Assembly (NCBI GenBank): GCA_964510885.1
Contig: CAZEDL010000007.1
Location: forward strand, 13,999 to 77,998
Reading direction: 5' to 3'
Length of the DNA: 64,000 nt
Source of the DNA: an uncultured Gammaproteobacteria bacterium
GTDB taxonomy: Bacteria > Patescibacteriota > Patescibacteriia > Magasanikbacterales > GWA2-37-8
The notes under the pieces are model-generated. The model saw only the letters and a program-made list of their open reading frames with translations, did not search any database and was not told where the DNA came from. Every line of letters begins with the position of its first letter. Position 1 is the first letter of the stretch. Below are positions 1-8,791 of the stretch, piece after piece. The position numbers and the translations under genes were made by a program.

Positions 1-232
1 GGTAATATTTTGATCGTTCGGTACCAAGGCCCGGCTCTAGTTCAGTAAGAGCCGGGGTGACCGGCTTCAAGAGTCCGACGGCTTCTAAATTCGCAATTTC
101 GCGGCGAACCGCATTCAATTGCACCTCTACAATTCGAGCCAACTCGCGTAGATAAAACGGCTTGTTCGGTTCACGAAAAAATATCTGTAATAATTTTAAA
201 CGAGTCTTTGAGCCAAAAAAGTGTTCGAGCAT
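1..232 (-). CDS. Winged-helix/HTH transcriptional regulator, N-terminal part; the gene continues past the window start
   Basis: Reverse-strand translation from ATG at 232..230 gives MLEHFFGSKTRLKLLQIFFREPNKPFYLRELARIVEVQLNAVRREIANLEAVGLL..., an ArsR/PadR-like HTH pattern. There is no stop before position 1. Confidence 0.55.
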   Translation of the reverse strand, partial: MLEHFFGSKTRLKLLQIFFREPNKPFYLRELARIVEVQLNAVRREIANLEAVGLLKPVTPALTELEPGLGTERSKYY

Positions 233-432
233 ACATTACTATACGGCAGGCCCACAACAAGCTGGATCCCGGCCTCCTTTTGTCTAAATGTAAGGATAAA
301 TGCGGTACTGCAAAGCGTAGACGTTTCTGAATATCTATAGTATACTATTCTAAAAAATCAAAGTCAAAATCAACTCTTGCGCTGGAATCACGCACTACCC
401 GTCTTGTATGCCAGCCTAATCCCCGCATCTCT

Positions 433-2733
433 ATGGAAGAAATCCTGCGTCTCAATGAATTTTTTGTGGAGGGAGGTCACCCAGATCTATCACATGTCTT
501 ACTACATATCACCGAACCAAGCACTCCCGAAGAAAAGGCCAAGGGATACTTTTTTGCAGTCTGCGAAATCAACCAGGGTAACAAAGACTTTCTACAGACC
601 ATCCAGAGCGTGATTACCGACATTGAAAATAATTATTACGAACTTAGCGACAAAGCGGGCTCAGACAGTTTAGAAACAATCCTTGAAGAGGTAAATCAAA
701 CCCTGCCGCCACGCCCGAATCTGCATTGCCTAATTGGCGTCATTCGCAACCAAGAAATAATTTTCAGCTTCACTGGCCGGCCACTAGCTCTGTTCTTCTA
801 TAAAAACCGCGACGGACAGTATCAAAAAATGGATCTGGTAAATAGCTCCGAACCAGGCGCCGATGCTGATAACCAATTATTCAGCCAGGTAGTACAAGGA
901 AAAATCAGTCCTGGTGACTATTTATGTATCGGCACACCCCAATTTGCCGACTACTTTAGCGCCGATCGGCTTCAGAAAATTATCACTACCCGCCCACCTC
1001 GCCAAAGCGCCGAACATTTGGAACGAGTACTCAAAGAACTCCGCAATCAATCTTCATTTGGCGGATTAATCATGCAACTATCACGGCAAGAAGCCACCAC
1101 ACCATTCACTCCGAGGCCCCGTCCGAAACGTGAAGATTCTGCCCATTCGCTAACCAGCTTCTTTAGTACCGAAAAAAATACCGCTGCCACCCTCACTGCT
1201 TCTTGGTGGCCGCAAATTCAAGAAAAAATTTCGACCCAGCTCAGAAAAATGAGCTCAGCACCAACCGGAACTACCACTCCCCGCCCCGAGCTGGCAGAAA
1301 AATCTCACCCCAAAGCCGAAATTAGCTCTTCGCATCTGCGCCCGTATGTTTCAACTGCCCACGGTCGAGACCAAACCCGCGGCCTAACCTTCAACACTGA
1401 TCTCGCCTGGCGCATTGCTGGTGTACTCTGGCAAATTATTCGCTGGATTGGCACCGTACTATTCGAACTAGTGCTTGTGCTCGGCTCGCTAGTTGCTAGT
1501 CTTGGAAAAAATTTGATTCTGCTTGGTTTTGTCATTATCAATTACCAAGGACGGCGCAAAAATATCATCGAAGACTGGGGCAAACAATATCAGAGTCTAC
1601 GCTCCAACCTCGCAGAATTACCGCTCATCACCAAAATTCTAACCCTCGGAGTTATCGTTATAATGCTCATCTTTGGCGGCAGCTTGTTCGTTCTAAGGGT
1701 GCATCAAAAAAAGGCAGCGGCGCTCGCCACCTATAACACTGATCTTAAAGCCGTATCTGATAAAATCGACAGTGCTAAAAGCACCCTCGTATATGGCGAC
1801 GAAATTCAAGCCTTACACATTACTAACGAAGCAGAAGCCCTGCTTAAAGCCTTACCCTGCACCGAAAAAGATACGAAAATTCGCTGCGACGCTTTTAATG
1901 CCGATCTAGAATCGATTCGAGTAAAAGTGCGAAAAATCACGCCGTTGTCCCCCGAACTTCTCACCACCTGGGCCCTGCCAGCCGGAGTCCGCCTCACCGG
2001 ACTACTTAAACTCAACAACCAATTCCTGGCCTACGCTCCGACGAACCCCGAGCTCTTCAGTCACGACATATCAACCGGTGAGACCAAAGCAATTAATCTT
2101 AATTACAACTTAAATGGAATTGCGATTGGGGCTATCCCTAAAGAAAACGATTACGGCCTCCTGCTCGCAACCAATGGAGATCTCTTGCGGTTCGAACCAG
2201 CTGACGGAACCGTAAAAAAACTAGACATTTCCTATCCTCATGACAACCCTACTATCTCCGGATTCACCATTTACAACCGTCGCCTCTATACTCTCGACAG
2301 TAACAACCGGCAAATTTACAAACATGACACCATGAAAACCGGATTCGGGCCAGGCAAAGACTGGTTGAAAGATCCGTCTGGAAGCTTACAGGGTGGATCT
2401 GATATCGCAATTGACGGAGACATCTGGACAATAAGCAACACCGGCGAGATTAATAAATTTGTCAGCGGCCTGCCGGAATCATTCGAAGTCCTCGGCCTCG
2501 ATCCAGCTCTCGGCGAGGGTACCCGACTTTACACCTATACTGACCTCAATTTCATCTACATTCTTGACGGCAAAAATAAACGTATTATTATCGCCGATAA
2601 AGCCGGTAAACTTAAAACACAGCTCGTAGCGAATGCCTTTGAAAATCCAAGTGATATGGTGATCGACGAAGCGGCGCGGGTCGGCTACGCCGTTGATGGC
2701 GCCAAATTATATAAATTCAGCTTACCTTTATAA
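433..2733 (+). CDS. Large hypothetical membrane-anchored protein (766 aa): N-terminal globular domain, Pro/Ser-rich linker, 2 TM helices, C-terminal beta-propeller/NHL-like repeats
   Basis: Long uninterrupted ORF. Hydrophobic segments WRIAGVLWQIIRWIGTVLFELVLVLGSLVA and ILTLGVIVIMLIFGGSLFVL. C-terminal repeats such as LYTLDSNNRQIYKHD and IYILDGKNKRIIIADKAGK. No SD seen. Confidence 0.6.
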   Translation: MEEILRLNEFFVEGGHPDLSHVLLHITEPSTPEEKAKGYFFAVCEINQGNKDFLQTIQSVITDIENNYYELSDKAGSDSLETILEEVNQTLPPRPNLHCLIGVIRNQEIIFSFTGRPLALFFYKNRDGQYQKMDLVNSSEPGADADNQLFSQVVQGKISPGDYLCIGTPQFADYFSADRLQKIITTRPPRQSAEHLERVLKELRNQSSFGGLIMQLSRQEATTPFTPRPRPKREDSAHSLTSFFSTEKNTAATLTASWWPQIQEKISTQLRKMSSAPTGTTTPRPELAEKSHPKAEISSSHLRPYVSTAHGRDQTRGLTFNTDLAWRIAGVLWQIIRWIGTVLFELVLVLGSLVASLGKNLILLGFVIINYQGRRKNIIEDWGKQYQSLRSNLAELPLITKILTLGVIVIMLIFGGSLFVLRVHQKKAAALATYNTDLKAVSDKIDSAKSTLVYGDEIQALHITNEAEALLKALPCTEKDTKIRCDAFNADLESIRVKVRKITPLSPELLTTWALPAGVRLTGLLKLNNQFLAYAPTNPELFSHDISTGETKAINLNYNLNGIAIGAIPKENDYGLLLATNGDLLRFEPADGTVKKLDISYPHDNPTISGFTIYNRRLYTLDSNNRQIYKHDTMKTGFGPGKDWLKDPSGSLQGGSDIAIDGDIWTISNTGEINKFVSGLPESFEVLGLDPALGEGTRLYTYTDLNFIYILDGKNKRIIIADKAGKLKTQLVANAFENPSDMVIDEAARVGYAVDGAKLYKFSLPL

Positions 2734-2748
2734 TCAGCAAATAAATAT

Positions 2749-2780
2749 AAAAACTCCCCGTCAGTAACGGGGAGTTTTTT
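2749..2780. terminator. Bidirectional intrinsic terminator between the large ORF and rplL
   Basis: aaaaaCTCCCCGtcagtaaCGGGGAGtttttt: GC stem flanked by an A-run and a T-run. Confidence 0.7.
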
Positions 2781-2792
2781 GATTTCGAAGCC

Positions 2793-3173
2793 TTATTTAA
2801 GAACTACCTTACCACCAGCTTCTTCGATCTTTTTCTTCATCGCTTCGGCGTCTTCTTTCTTAACGCCTTCTTTTACCATCTTCGGAGCACCGTCTACCAG
2901 GGCTTTGGCATCAGCCAAACCAAGGCCGGTGATTTCTTTTACCACTTTGATCACATTGATCTTGTTAGCACCAGCATCGGTGAGCTCAACGTTGAATTCA
3001 GTTTTTTCTTCAGCCGGAGCGCCAGCAGCACCGCCAGCTGGAGCAGCCATCATCATGGCTGGAGCAGCCGCCGAGACGCCGAATTTTTCTTCCATGGCTT
3101 TAACGAGTTCAGCTAATTCCAAGACGGACAGCTGTTCTACATCGGTAATGATTTTCTGTAATTTGTCGTTCAT
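2793..3173 (-). CDS. rplL: 50S ribosomal protein L7/L12
   Basis: [33 protein letters not shown]... Ala/Pro hinge ... [33 protein letters not shown]. Canonical L7/L12. Confidence 0.95.
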   Translation of the reverse strand: MNDKLQKIITDVEQLSVLELAELVKAMEEKFGVSAAAPAMMMAAPAGGAAGAPAEEKTEFNVELTDAGANKINVIKVVKEITGLGLADAKALVDGAPKMVKEGVKKEDAEAMKKKIEEAGGKVVLK

Positions 3174-3194
3174 AAATATAATAATAAATGGTTA

Positions 3195-3722
3195 TTAAGC
3201 CGCCTTTTTCTCTTTATAGGCGTTAAGAACATTGTAGAGACTGCGGACAATACCGGCATTGGCCATAACGAATCCGGAAATCGGAGCGTTGAGGGTGCCA
3301 ACAAGTTGTCCAAGCAACTGCTGTTTGGTCGGCAGAGCCGCCAAACTTTTTACACTAGCAGTAGGAATGAATTTATTTTCCAAAATACCACCGAAAATCG
3401 TTACGATCTCGTGAGTTTTGGCAAAATCATTAACTACTTTAGCAGCAGCGACTTCGTCCTGCATACCAAGAAAAGTAGCCACGCCACCCTGAAAGGTGTC
3501 AGTAGCCACATCTTTGATACCAGCTGCTTCAAGCGCTTTTTTAACGAGCGTCTTTTTGGCAGCAATCACCTCGACACCAGCGGTGCGAGCATTTTTGCGC
3601 AGCTCTTCACTTTGGGCGACCGTTAAGCCTTGAAAGTTGGCAAAGACAACCGCTTTCGCTGCTGCCAAGCTTTTGTGGAGCGCCCCGACTTCACCCTGTT
3701 TTTGTACTTTTGATTTAGGCAT
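3195..3722 (-). CDS. rplJ: 50S ribosomal protein L10
   Basis: The ORF is trimmed to internal Met MPKSKVQKQGEVGALHKSLAAAKAVVFANFQGLTVAQSEELRKNARTAGVEV... It lies directly upstream of rplL. Confidence 0.9.
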   Translation of the reverse strand: MPKSKVQKQGEVGALHKSLAAAKAVVFANFQGLTVAQSEELRKNARTAGVEVIAAKKTLVKKALEAAGIKDVATDTFQGGVATFLGMQDEVAAAKVVNDFAKTHEIVTIFGGILENKFIPTASVKSLAALPTKQQLLGQLVGTLNAPISGFVMANAGIVRSLYNVLNAYKEKKAA

Positions 3723-3865
3723 ACAAAATAAAAAATCTGTGCTTCCACAGACTTGAACATATCGGTAAATCTCGACCAAAAAACGGCTAATGTTAGCGGT
3801 TTTAGATTACCTCGGCAGGATAATTAACCGGATGTTGCACCGGCCCTGCTGTCTATGGTGAAATG
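3723..3865 (-). promoter_or_regulatory. Structured ~140-nt 5' leader of rplJ-rplL (candidate L10 autoregulatory/attenuator region)
   Basis: It lies between the consensus promoter and the rplJ start. It contains an imperfect hairpin AAAACCGCTaacattAGCCGTTTTTT. L10 leaders are known autoregulatory targets. Confidence 0.4.
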
Positions 3866-3894
3866 AGTATAGACTAATTTTAAAAACCTGTCAA
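3866..3894 (-). promoter_or_regulatory. Sigma70-type promoter for rplJ-rplL
   Basis: On the minus strand, TTGACA-17nt-TATACT. Confidence 0.7.
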
Positions 3895-3912
3895 CCGAGG
3901 GCTTCGCGCATC

Positions 3913-4593
3913 TTAGCTGATAACCGTTCCCCGGCACACTTTACCCTGAATAACCTTCTTCACATCTTCAAGATTCGTTCCCTTAACAAATGACACTTTA
4001 AGTTTTAGTTTCTGAGCCAGCTTCGCCGCCACTGGATCAAACGGGACATTCGCCCCCGGCGTCCACTTATCCCCAATAATATCGCGTAATTCTGCCCAAG
4101 ATACCCGTTCTAATTTGGTAGCATTCGGATTAGTGCGCGGATCAGCCGTATACACATAATCAATATTTGATAAATTGATTACTTCTTTAGCCTTGAAAGT
4201 TTTAGCCAAAAATACCGCGTCCGTGTCCGTAGAGCATCCCGGCTCATACCCCGCTGCGACAATGATCGGCTTAGTCGTACTAATTTTTTTATGCGGATTC
4301 AAGACTACTTCTTTGTAGGCCTTATCACCAAACATAAGTCGAACTAACTGAGCATTGAGCCGAGTCGTATGAATACCGATCCAGTCCAGAATATCATGAC
4401 TCGGATTAATTACATCCTTCAGTACGCCCTGATACGACCGAGCCGTACCTCCCCCACCAATAATCAATAAAAATTTCTGGCCGCGCACTACTTCTTCTAG
4501 AATCAACCGACGAAACTGTTTTAAAAAGTCCGCTTGAAATCCGCTCTGAGGAATAACAATCGATCCGCCGACAGACATTATTTTATAGGCCAT
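3913..4593 (-). CDS. pyrH: Uridylate (UMP) kinase
   Basis: MAYKIMSVGGSIV...FLLIIGGGGTARSYQGV...VAAGYEPGCSTDTDAVFLA. Amino-acid kinase fold with the UMPK glycine motif. Confidence 0.85.
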   Translation of the reverse strand: MAYKIMSVGGSIVIPQSGFQADFLKQFRRLILEEVVRGQKFLLIIGGGGTARSYQGVLKDVINPSHDILDWIGIHTTRLNAQLVRLMFGDKAYKEVVLNPHKKISTTKPIIVAAGYEPGCSTDTDAVFLAKTFKAKEVINLSNIDYVYTADPRTNPNATKLERVSWAELRDIIGDKWTPGANVPFDPVAAKLAQKLKLKVSFVKGTNLEDVKKVIQGKVCRGTVIS

Positions 4594-4792
4594 ATACAGA
4601 ATAATAAGTATACCAATTAAGGTGTAGATTAATGCGATCCATCAAAGAATCGATCGTAGCACGCCGCCCGTCTTTGTTCAACTTAGTATTCGGACGCTGC
4701 TTAAAGGCTTCAGGCTGACCAGCAAGCCATCGGCTGGGCGTCCGATAGGCAACTTTTCCCCGTTGTGCCCGGCGATTGCCATAGCCTTTCAT
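4583..4792 (-). CDS. Small basic hypothetical protein (69 aa), doubtful
   Basis: The ORF overlaps the pyrH start by 11 nt. It has a Lys/Arg-rich N-terminus, no recognisable family and no SD. Confidence 0.2.
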   Translation of the reverse strand: MKGYGNRRAQRGKVAYRTPSRWLAGQPEAFKQRPNTKLNKDGRRATIDSLMDRINLHLNWYTYYSVYGL

Positions 4793-4800
4793 ATATTACC

Positions 4801-5139
4801 TTACTTCTTAAGTAGCCACCCAGTGAACCACCCGATCACCGACATAGCAAGCGACCCGAAGAGCGCCGGTACAAACCCCTCCACCGTAAATCCTTTTACA
4901 ATCGTCGATACAAGCCAAAATAATCCGGCGTTGATAATAAAACTAAATAACCCCAAAGTCAGCAAATTTACTGGCAAGGTGAGCAACACAATCACCGGTC
5001 GCAAAATCGCATTGATAAGCCCAAGCACAATCGCCGCCACAATCGCAGCATACAAACTATCTACCCCAAAGCCAGGCAGATAATAAGCGATCAAAAGCAG
5101 CGCCCCAGCGTTAATAAGTAACCGCAATAAAAATTTCAT
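4801..5139 (-). CDS. DUF360 / phage-holin-4-like small membrane protein (YvlD family)
   Basis: MKFLLRLLINAGALLLIAYYLPGFGV...GLINAILRPVIVLLTLPVNLLTLGLFSFIINAGLFWLVS. Three to four TM helices in the characteristic DUF360 pattern. Confidence 0.7.
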   Translation of the reverse strand: MKFLLRLLINAGALLLIAYYLPGFGVDSLYAAIVAAIVLGLINAILRPVIVLLTLPVNLLTLGLFSFIINAGLFWLVSTIVKGFTVEGFVPALFGSLAMSVIGWFTGWLLKK

Positions 5140-5151
5140 ATCGTAATCATG

Positions 5152-5757
5152 TTACACACCGATCAGCAGGCGGAACAACCCATCAATAATCGGCGAGAGT
5201 AAATTGAATAAAAATAAGATAAAAATAATCACCAGCCAGGTACCATACCGATCCAAGAAATGCTTGATACCCTCTGCCTGGGCTGGCAGGAGCGCATACA
5301 AAACTTTCGACCCATCAAGCGGCGGCAGCGGCACCAAATTAAACACCATCAGCATCAGATTAGCATACACCACTTGAGCCAAAAATGGAGCCGCGGTGGT
5401 CGAGGGGAAAAGTCGCACCACTACTGCGAACATCGCCGCCAGGGCAAAATTAGCGAGCGGCCCGGCGATCCCAACGAGAGCCGGCCCCCATTTTTGATCG
5501 CGCAAATTATAGGGGTTATATGGCACGGGTTTCGCATATGCAAATACAAACCGCCCACCAGTCGCCACAAATAAAAATAGCGGCATAGCAATCGTACCAA
5601 TTGGATCAATATGCGCACGCGGATCAAGCGTCAAACGACCTGCATAGCGGGCTGTGGAGTCGCCAAGATACTCTGCCATCGCACCATGAGCATATTCATG
5701 CAAAATACTCGACGGCACAATAATTAAAAAATAGAATAGTAAGGCCAGAATATCCAT
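5152..5757 (-). CDS. M50 family (site-2 protease-like) zinc metalloprotease
   Basis: HEYAHGAMAEYLGD (HExxH) within a polytopic membrane protein. The size and topology fit SpoIVFB/RseP-like enzymes. Confidence 0.7.
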   Translation of the reverse strand: MDILALLFYFLIIVPSSILHEYAHGAMAEYLGDSTARYAGRLTLDPRAHIDPIGTIAMPLFLFVATGGRFVFAYAKPVPYNPYNLRDQKWGPALVGIAGPLANFALAAMFAVVVRLFPSTTAAPFLAQVVYANLMLMVFNLVPLPPLDGSKVLYALLPAQAEGIKHFLDRYGTWLVIIFILFLFNLLSPIIDGLFRLLIGV

Positions 5758-5968
5758 AACAGAAATACGTAAGCAAAATACGAATTAAAGTCGTATTTGG
5801 GAATAAATGAGGGTATACCTAGAGGTATATTGACAAAAACCTAGACCTAGCGTATCCTTATGAGCACTTACTATACCGTAACAAGCGGAAATGGGCAATG
5901 GAACTCTATTAGTCTCAGGCCCAACCACAAACTACTAATCCGCCAATTGGCGGACTAAATCACTCACT

Positions 5969-6139
5969 ATGAGCCGTACCTGCGCCCTCTGTGGCAAGCA
6001 AGCTGTCCGTGCCAATCACGTCAGCCATTCCAACCGCAAAGTGCCACGCCGCCAGAAGCCGAATTTACAGCTTCTGACCATTGCCGGACAGACTGTAAAA
6101 ACCTGCTCCAGCTGCCGCCGCACCTTAGCTAAAGCCTAA
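5969..6139 (+). CDS. rpmB: 50S ribosomal protein L28 (56 aa). It falls below the 60-aa ORF-track cutoff.
   Basis: Manual translation gives MSRTCALCGKQAVRANHVSHSNRKVPRRQKPNLQLLTIAGQTVKTCSSCRRTLAKA. This matches the L28 pattern M-R-C-x-x-GK-x-x-x-NxxSHSNxK...PNLQ. No obvious SD. Confidence 0.75.
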   Translation: MSRTCALCGKQAVRANHVSHSNRKVPRRQKPNLQLLTIAGQTVKTCSSCRRTLAKA

Positions 6140-6150
6140 TAAAATAAAAC

Positions 6151-6178
6151 AAAAAACTCCGATCATTCGGAGTTTTTT
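6151..6178. terminator. Intrinsic terminator after rpmB (bidirectional)
   Basis: aaaaaaCTCCGAtcatTCGGAGtttttt. Confidence 0.75.
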
Positions 6179-6350
6179 GTTTAGCGCGGTGAGCGGCTTA
6201 ACATGTTCCTTGACGCTAGGTGGTAGACCGCACCAGTGGCCCACGGGCCGCTGAAATATAGGTGAACCTAAGGAAAATGTTGTAGAACAATATTCGCCAC
6301 TCAGCACCAAACGAAGATACTATAGCAAAAATTTTTGAGGGTTGTCAAAA

Positions 6351-6929
6351 TTAGTCGGTTAAGCGCTTGTAATTGAAGATAACCTCACGACCGCCGAACC
6401 AATGATTAATTTCGTGTTTGGCTTCTTCCGGCGTTTCCGAGGCGTGGATCAGATTCATCACCGCACGTTTTTCAGTGTTGGCGACAGCCGGTGAATCAGC
6501 AGAATAATCGCCGCGGATCGTGCCCATATCAGCCAAGAACGGCAGGGTAGCACCACAAATTTTGCGCACCATATCTACCGCATGTACCCCTTCTACCACC
6601 ATACGCACGAGCGGTGCCGACACCATATAATCAACCAGCCATTTGCGCACCATTTTACCGATCTCAAGATCGTCAGCGGTGCCAAGTTCATCCACTGCTT
6701 TGAGGCCATATTTTTCGTAGGTCGACAACGTTTTTTGACCCACCCGGCGCATCCAAGCTTCATCTTTCGGGTAATGGTTATCAATCTGGTCGGTAGTTGG
6801 CTGGAACATTTCAAGAGCCACGATTTTAAGATCGCGACGTTCAAACCGGGCAATGATCTCGCCAATTAATCCTTTTTGCACGCCGTCAGGTTTAATCATG
6901 ACGTACGTTTGTTCTTTTTTGAAATTCAT
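6351..6929 (-). CDS. ndk: Nucleoside diphosphate kinase
   Basis: EQTYVMIKPDGVQKGLIGEIIARFERRDLKIVALEM... NDK N-terminal motif. It is a long form carrying an insertion. Confidence 0.85.
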   Translation of the reverse strand: MNFKKEQTYVMIKPDGVQKGLIGEIIARFERRDLKIVALEMFQPTTDQIDNHYPKDEAWMRRVGQKTLSTYEKYGLKAVDELGTADDLEIGKMVRKWLVDYMVSAPLVRMVVEGVHAVDMVRKICGATLPFLADMGTIRGDYSADSPAVANTEKRAVMNLIHASETPEEAKHEINHWFGGREVIFNYKRLTD

Positions 6930-6987
6930 ACGTGTGTGAGAAGTAAAATCCCTAAAACAAGGAAATAATCTATCTTAAAGTACCCCG

Positions 6988-7016
6988 AATATACCGAATA
7001 AATCGAAATTTGTCAA
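6988..7016 (-). promoter_or_regulatory. Sigma70-type promoter for ndk
   Basis: On the minus strand, TTGACA-17nt-TATATT immediately upstream of ndk. Confidence 0.6.
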
Positions 7017-7327
7017 TGGATCACTACAAACCGGAGCTGTGCCGTTTTTTGCCTAGCATCAGGAGTCACAAGTAGTGAGGCAAGCAATATTCCAACCTCG
7101 CCGATACTTCGTTCGAAACAATATCGTTTGATAGTCTTTTGTAACTTACGGATTTTCTGCCTCGTGACCGCAAGATCCGTAGCCAACTCACCTAAACGAC
7201 GGGTCTTTACTTCAATAAAGTAATAATCCTCGCCATGTTTGGCCACAATGTCGATCTCTCCGACCGGGCTATAGTAATTGCGCTCGATAACCATGAATCC
7301 GCGCTGAGTCAACCACCGACACGCCAC
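7013..7327 (-). CDS. yraN: YraN/UPF0102 family endonuclease
   Basis: WLTQRGFMVIERNYYSPVGEIDIVAKHGEDYYFIEVKTRR. Classic YraN core. Confidence 0.8.
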   Translation of the reverse strand: MACRWLTQRGFMVIERNYYSPVGEIDIVAKHGEDYYFIEVKTRRLGELATDLAVTRQKIRKLQKTIKRYCFERSIGEVGILLASLLVTPDARQKTAQLRFVVIH

Positions 7328-7401
7328 GGCTTCGCCCCATCGCCCCAGGCGTCGGGTATAGGTATCAGGTTTAATAGCAGGAGTTTGAAGAGGCGTACCG
7401 T

Positions 7402-7815
7402 TTAACGTTTAGGCTTCGGCAAGTAGCGCTCGCGGCGAGCCTTGAGGGCCTGCTCAGCTTTGATAGTCGGGAGCCGCTGCCGAGTATAGCGAATAATAGT
7501 AACTAACCAATATGCAAATACCCCGGCGGCAGGAAGAATCCAAAATCGCCACGCCAAAACCGGAATAATCTGTTGGCGGAGCCACAGCCAAATCACCCCA
7601 CATATACCCGCTGTCAGAGCGAGCGTTCCGTAGCGGCGCAGCAGTTCTTTTTTAGGAACCTCCGTTTCATAATACCGCCAGACAAACACCACCACTCCCG
7701 CCAAGACGAGCCCTAACACCACGGCCCATAAGGCGGTAGCCAGCCATCCCCGCGCAATATACGGTTGGCTGAACCAATAATCAAGTTTAAATAGATTTGT
7801 AATATTCATACTCAA
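7402..7815 (-). CDS. Hypothetical membrane protein (137 aa, ~4 TM)
   Basis: Hydrophobic helices and a basic C-terminus. No recognised family. Confidence 0.5.
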   Translation of the reverse strand: MSMNITNLFKLDYWFSQPYIARGWLATALWAVVLGLVLAGVVVFVWRYYETEVPKKELLRRYGTLALTAGICGVIWLWLRQQIIPVLAWRFWILPAAGVFAYWLVTIIRYTRQRLPTIKAEQALKARRERYLPKPKR

Positions 7816-7828
7816 AAATTAACAGTAA

Positions 7829-8374
7829 TTAACCTTTACGGAGAATAGCATAATAATGATAATCCCCTGCCGGTTCCTGGCCAGTAACCGTGAGTGCTCC
7901 TGGTACAAGGCCAGACAATGTCTCCGGGAGCACCAACCGATCAGGCGTCGGACCAACCGCTCCAAGATTCCGAGTCCACTCTACCACGACTACAAATCCA
8001 CCAGGCTTAATCAAACGCGCCGCCTCAGCCAGTGTTTCTTTCTGACCAGTGATGCGCGACAGAACATTTACAAAAAATACCCCGTCGAGCGTCCCTTCCG
8101 GAATCGCCGTTTTGCCCGAGAGTTCAATATCCGACCAAATCGTATGAATATTATCATACCCCTCGGCTCGGATACGGCCGCGGATATATTCTAACACCTC
8201 TTTCAAAATGTCAACTGCATATACGATCCCATTCTCTCCTACCAGTCGTGACAATGAAAAGATAAAATGTCCTGTCCGTCCACACCCAAAATCAGCCACA
8301 TGCATCCCGGGGCTAATTCCGGCTTTAATAAAAATTGCCTGCGGATCGACTAAGGCTACACCAGCATGACTCAT
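7829..8374 (-). CDS. Class I SAM-dependent methyltransferase
   Basis: VADFGCGRTGHFIFSLSRLVGENGIVYAVDI (motif I GxGxG) and a later acidic motif. Confidence 0.7.
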   Translation of the reverse strand: MSHAGVALVDPQAIFIKAGISPGMHVADFGCGRTGHFIFSLSRLVGENGIVYAVDILKEVLEYIRGRIRAEGYDNIHTIWSDIELSGKTAIPEGTLDGVFFVNVLSRITGQKETLAEAARLIKPGGFVVVVEWTRNLGAVGPTPDRLVLPETLSGLVPGALTVTGQEPAGDYHYYAILRKG

Positions 8375-8380
8375 AGCTAG

Positions 8381-8626
8381 CTACGAAGGAATCAAAAATC
8401 GGCCTACTGTGCCCTCCAAAAATCCGCCGAATAAATTAGTAATCACTAAAAATCCGATAAAAATAAAAGCCAAACCGATCAATTTATACATCAGGCGGCT
8501 GCCGCCGCTCGTGCCAAGATGCTCCTCAGCCCAGCTGATTGAACCAAAATTTTCAAAAAACCATTCGCTTTTTATAACGAGCAATACTCCTATCAGAGCC
8601 ACCACGAGCCCAATAATATAATGCAT
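8381..8626 (-). CDS. Small hypothetical membrane protein (81 aa, 2 TM)
   Basis: MHYIIGLVVALIGVLLVIKSEW...LIGLAFIFIGFLVITNLFGG. The ORF is non-overlapping. Confidence 0.45.
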   Translation of the reverse strand: MHYIIGLVVALIGVLLVIKSEWFFENFGSISWAEEHLGTSGGSRLMYKLIGLAFIFIGFLVITNLFGGFLEGTVGRFLIPS

Positions 8627-8694
8627 ACGAAGAAGCTTTAGGTTTAAAACAAAGACAGTATACCATTGTCTTGTTTTCTTGCCTAAAATCTGTG

Positions 8695-8777
8695 TGCCGG
8701 AGAGAGGACTCGAACCTCCATGGTCTTGCGACCGCTACCACCTCAAAGTAGTGCGTCTACCAATTTCGCCACCCCGG
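8695..8777 (-). tRNA. tRNA-Leu (anticodon GAG), class II with a long variable arm
   Basis: Reverse complement: GCCGGGGTGGCGAAATTGGTAGACGCACTACTTTGAGGTGGTAGCGGTCGCAAGACCATGGAGGTTCGAGTCCTCTCTCCGGCA. The cloverleaf folds with anticodon loop TTGAGGT, a GGTC/GACC variable stem and a TTCGAGT T-loop. Confidence 0.85.
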
Positions 8778-8791
8778 CTAATACTATACCT

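Noticed and set aside
377-613. 78-aa ORF overlapping the start of the 766-aa gene
   Set aside because: It is out-of-frame overlap with a much longer ORF and has no independent support.
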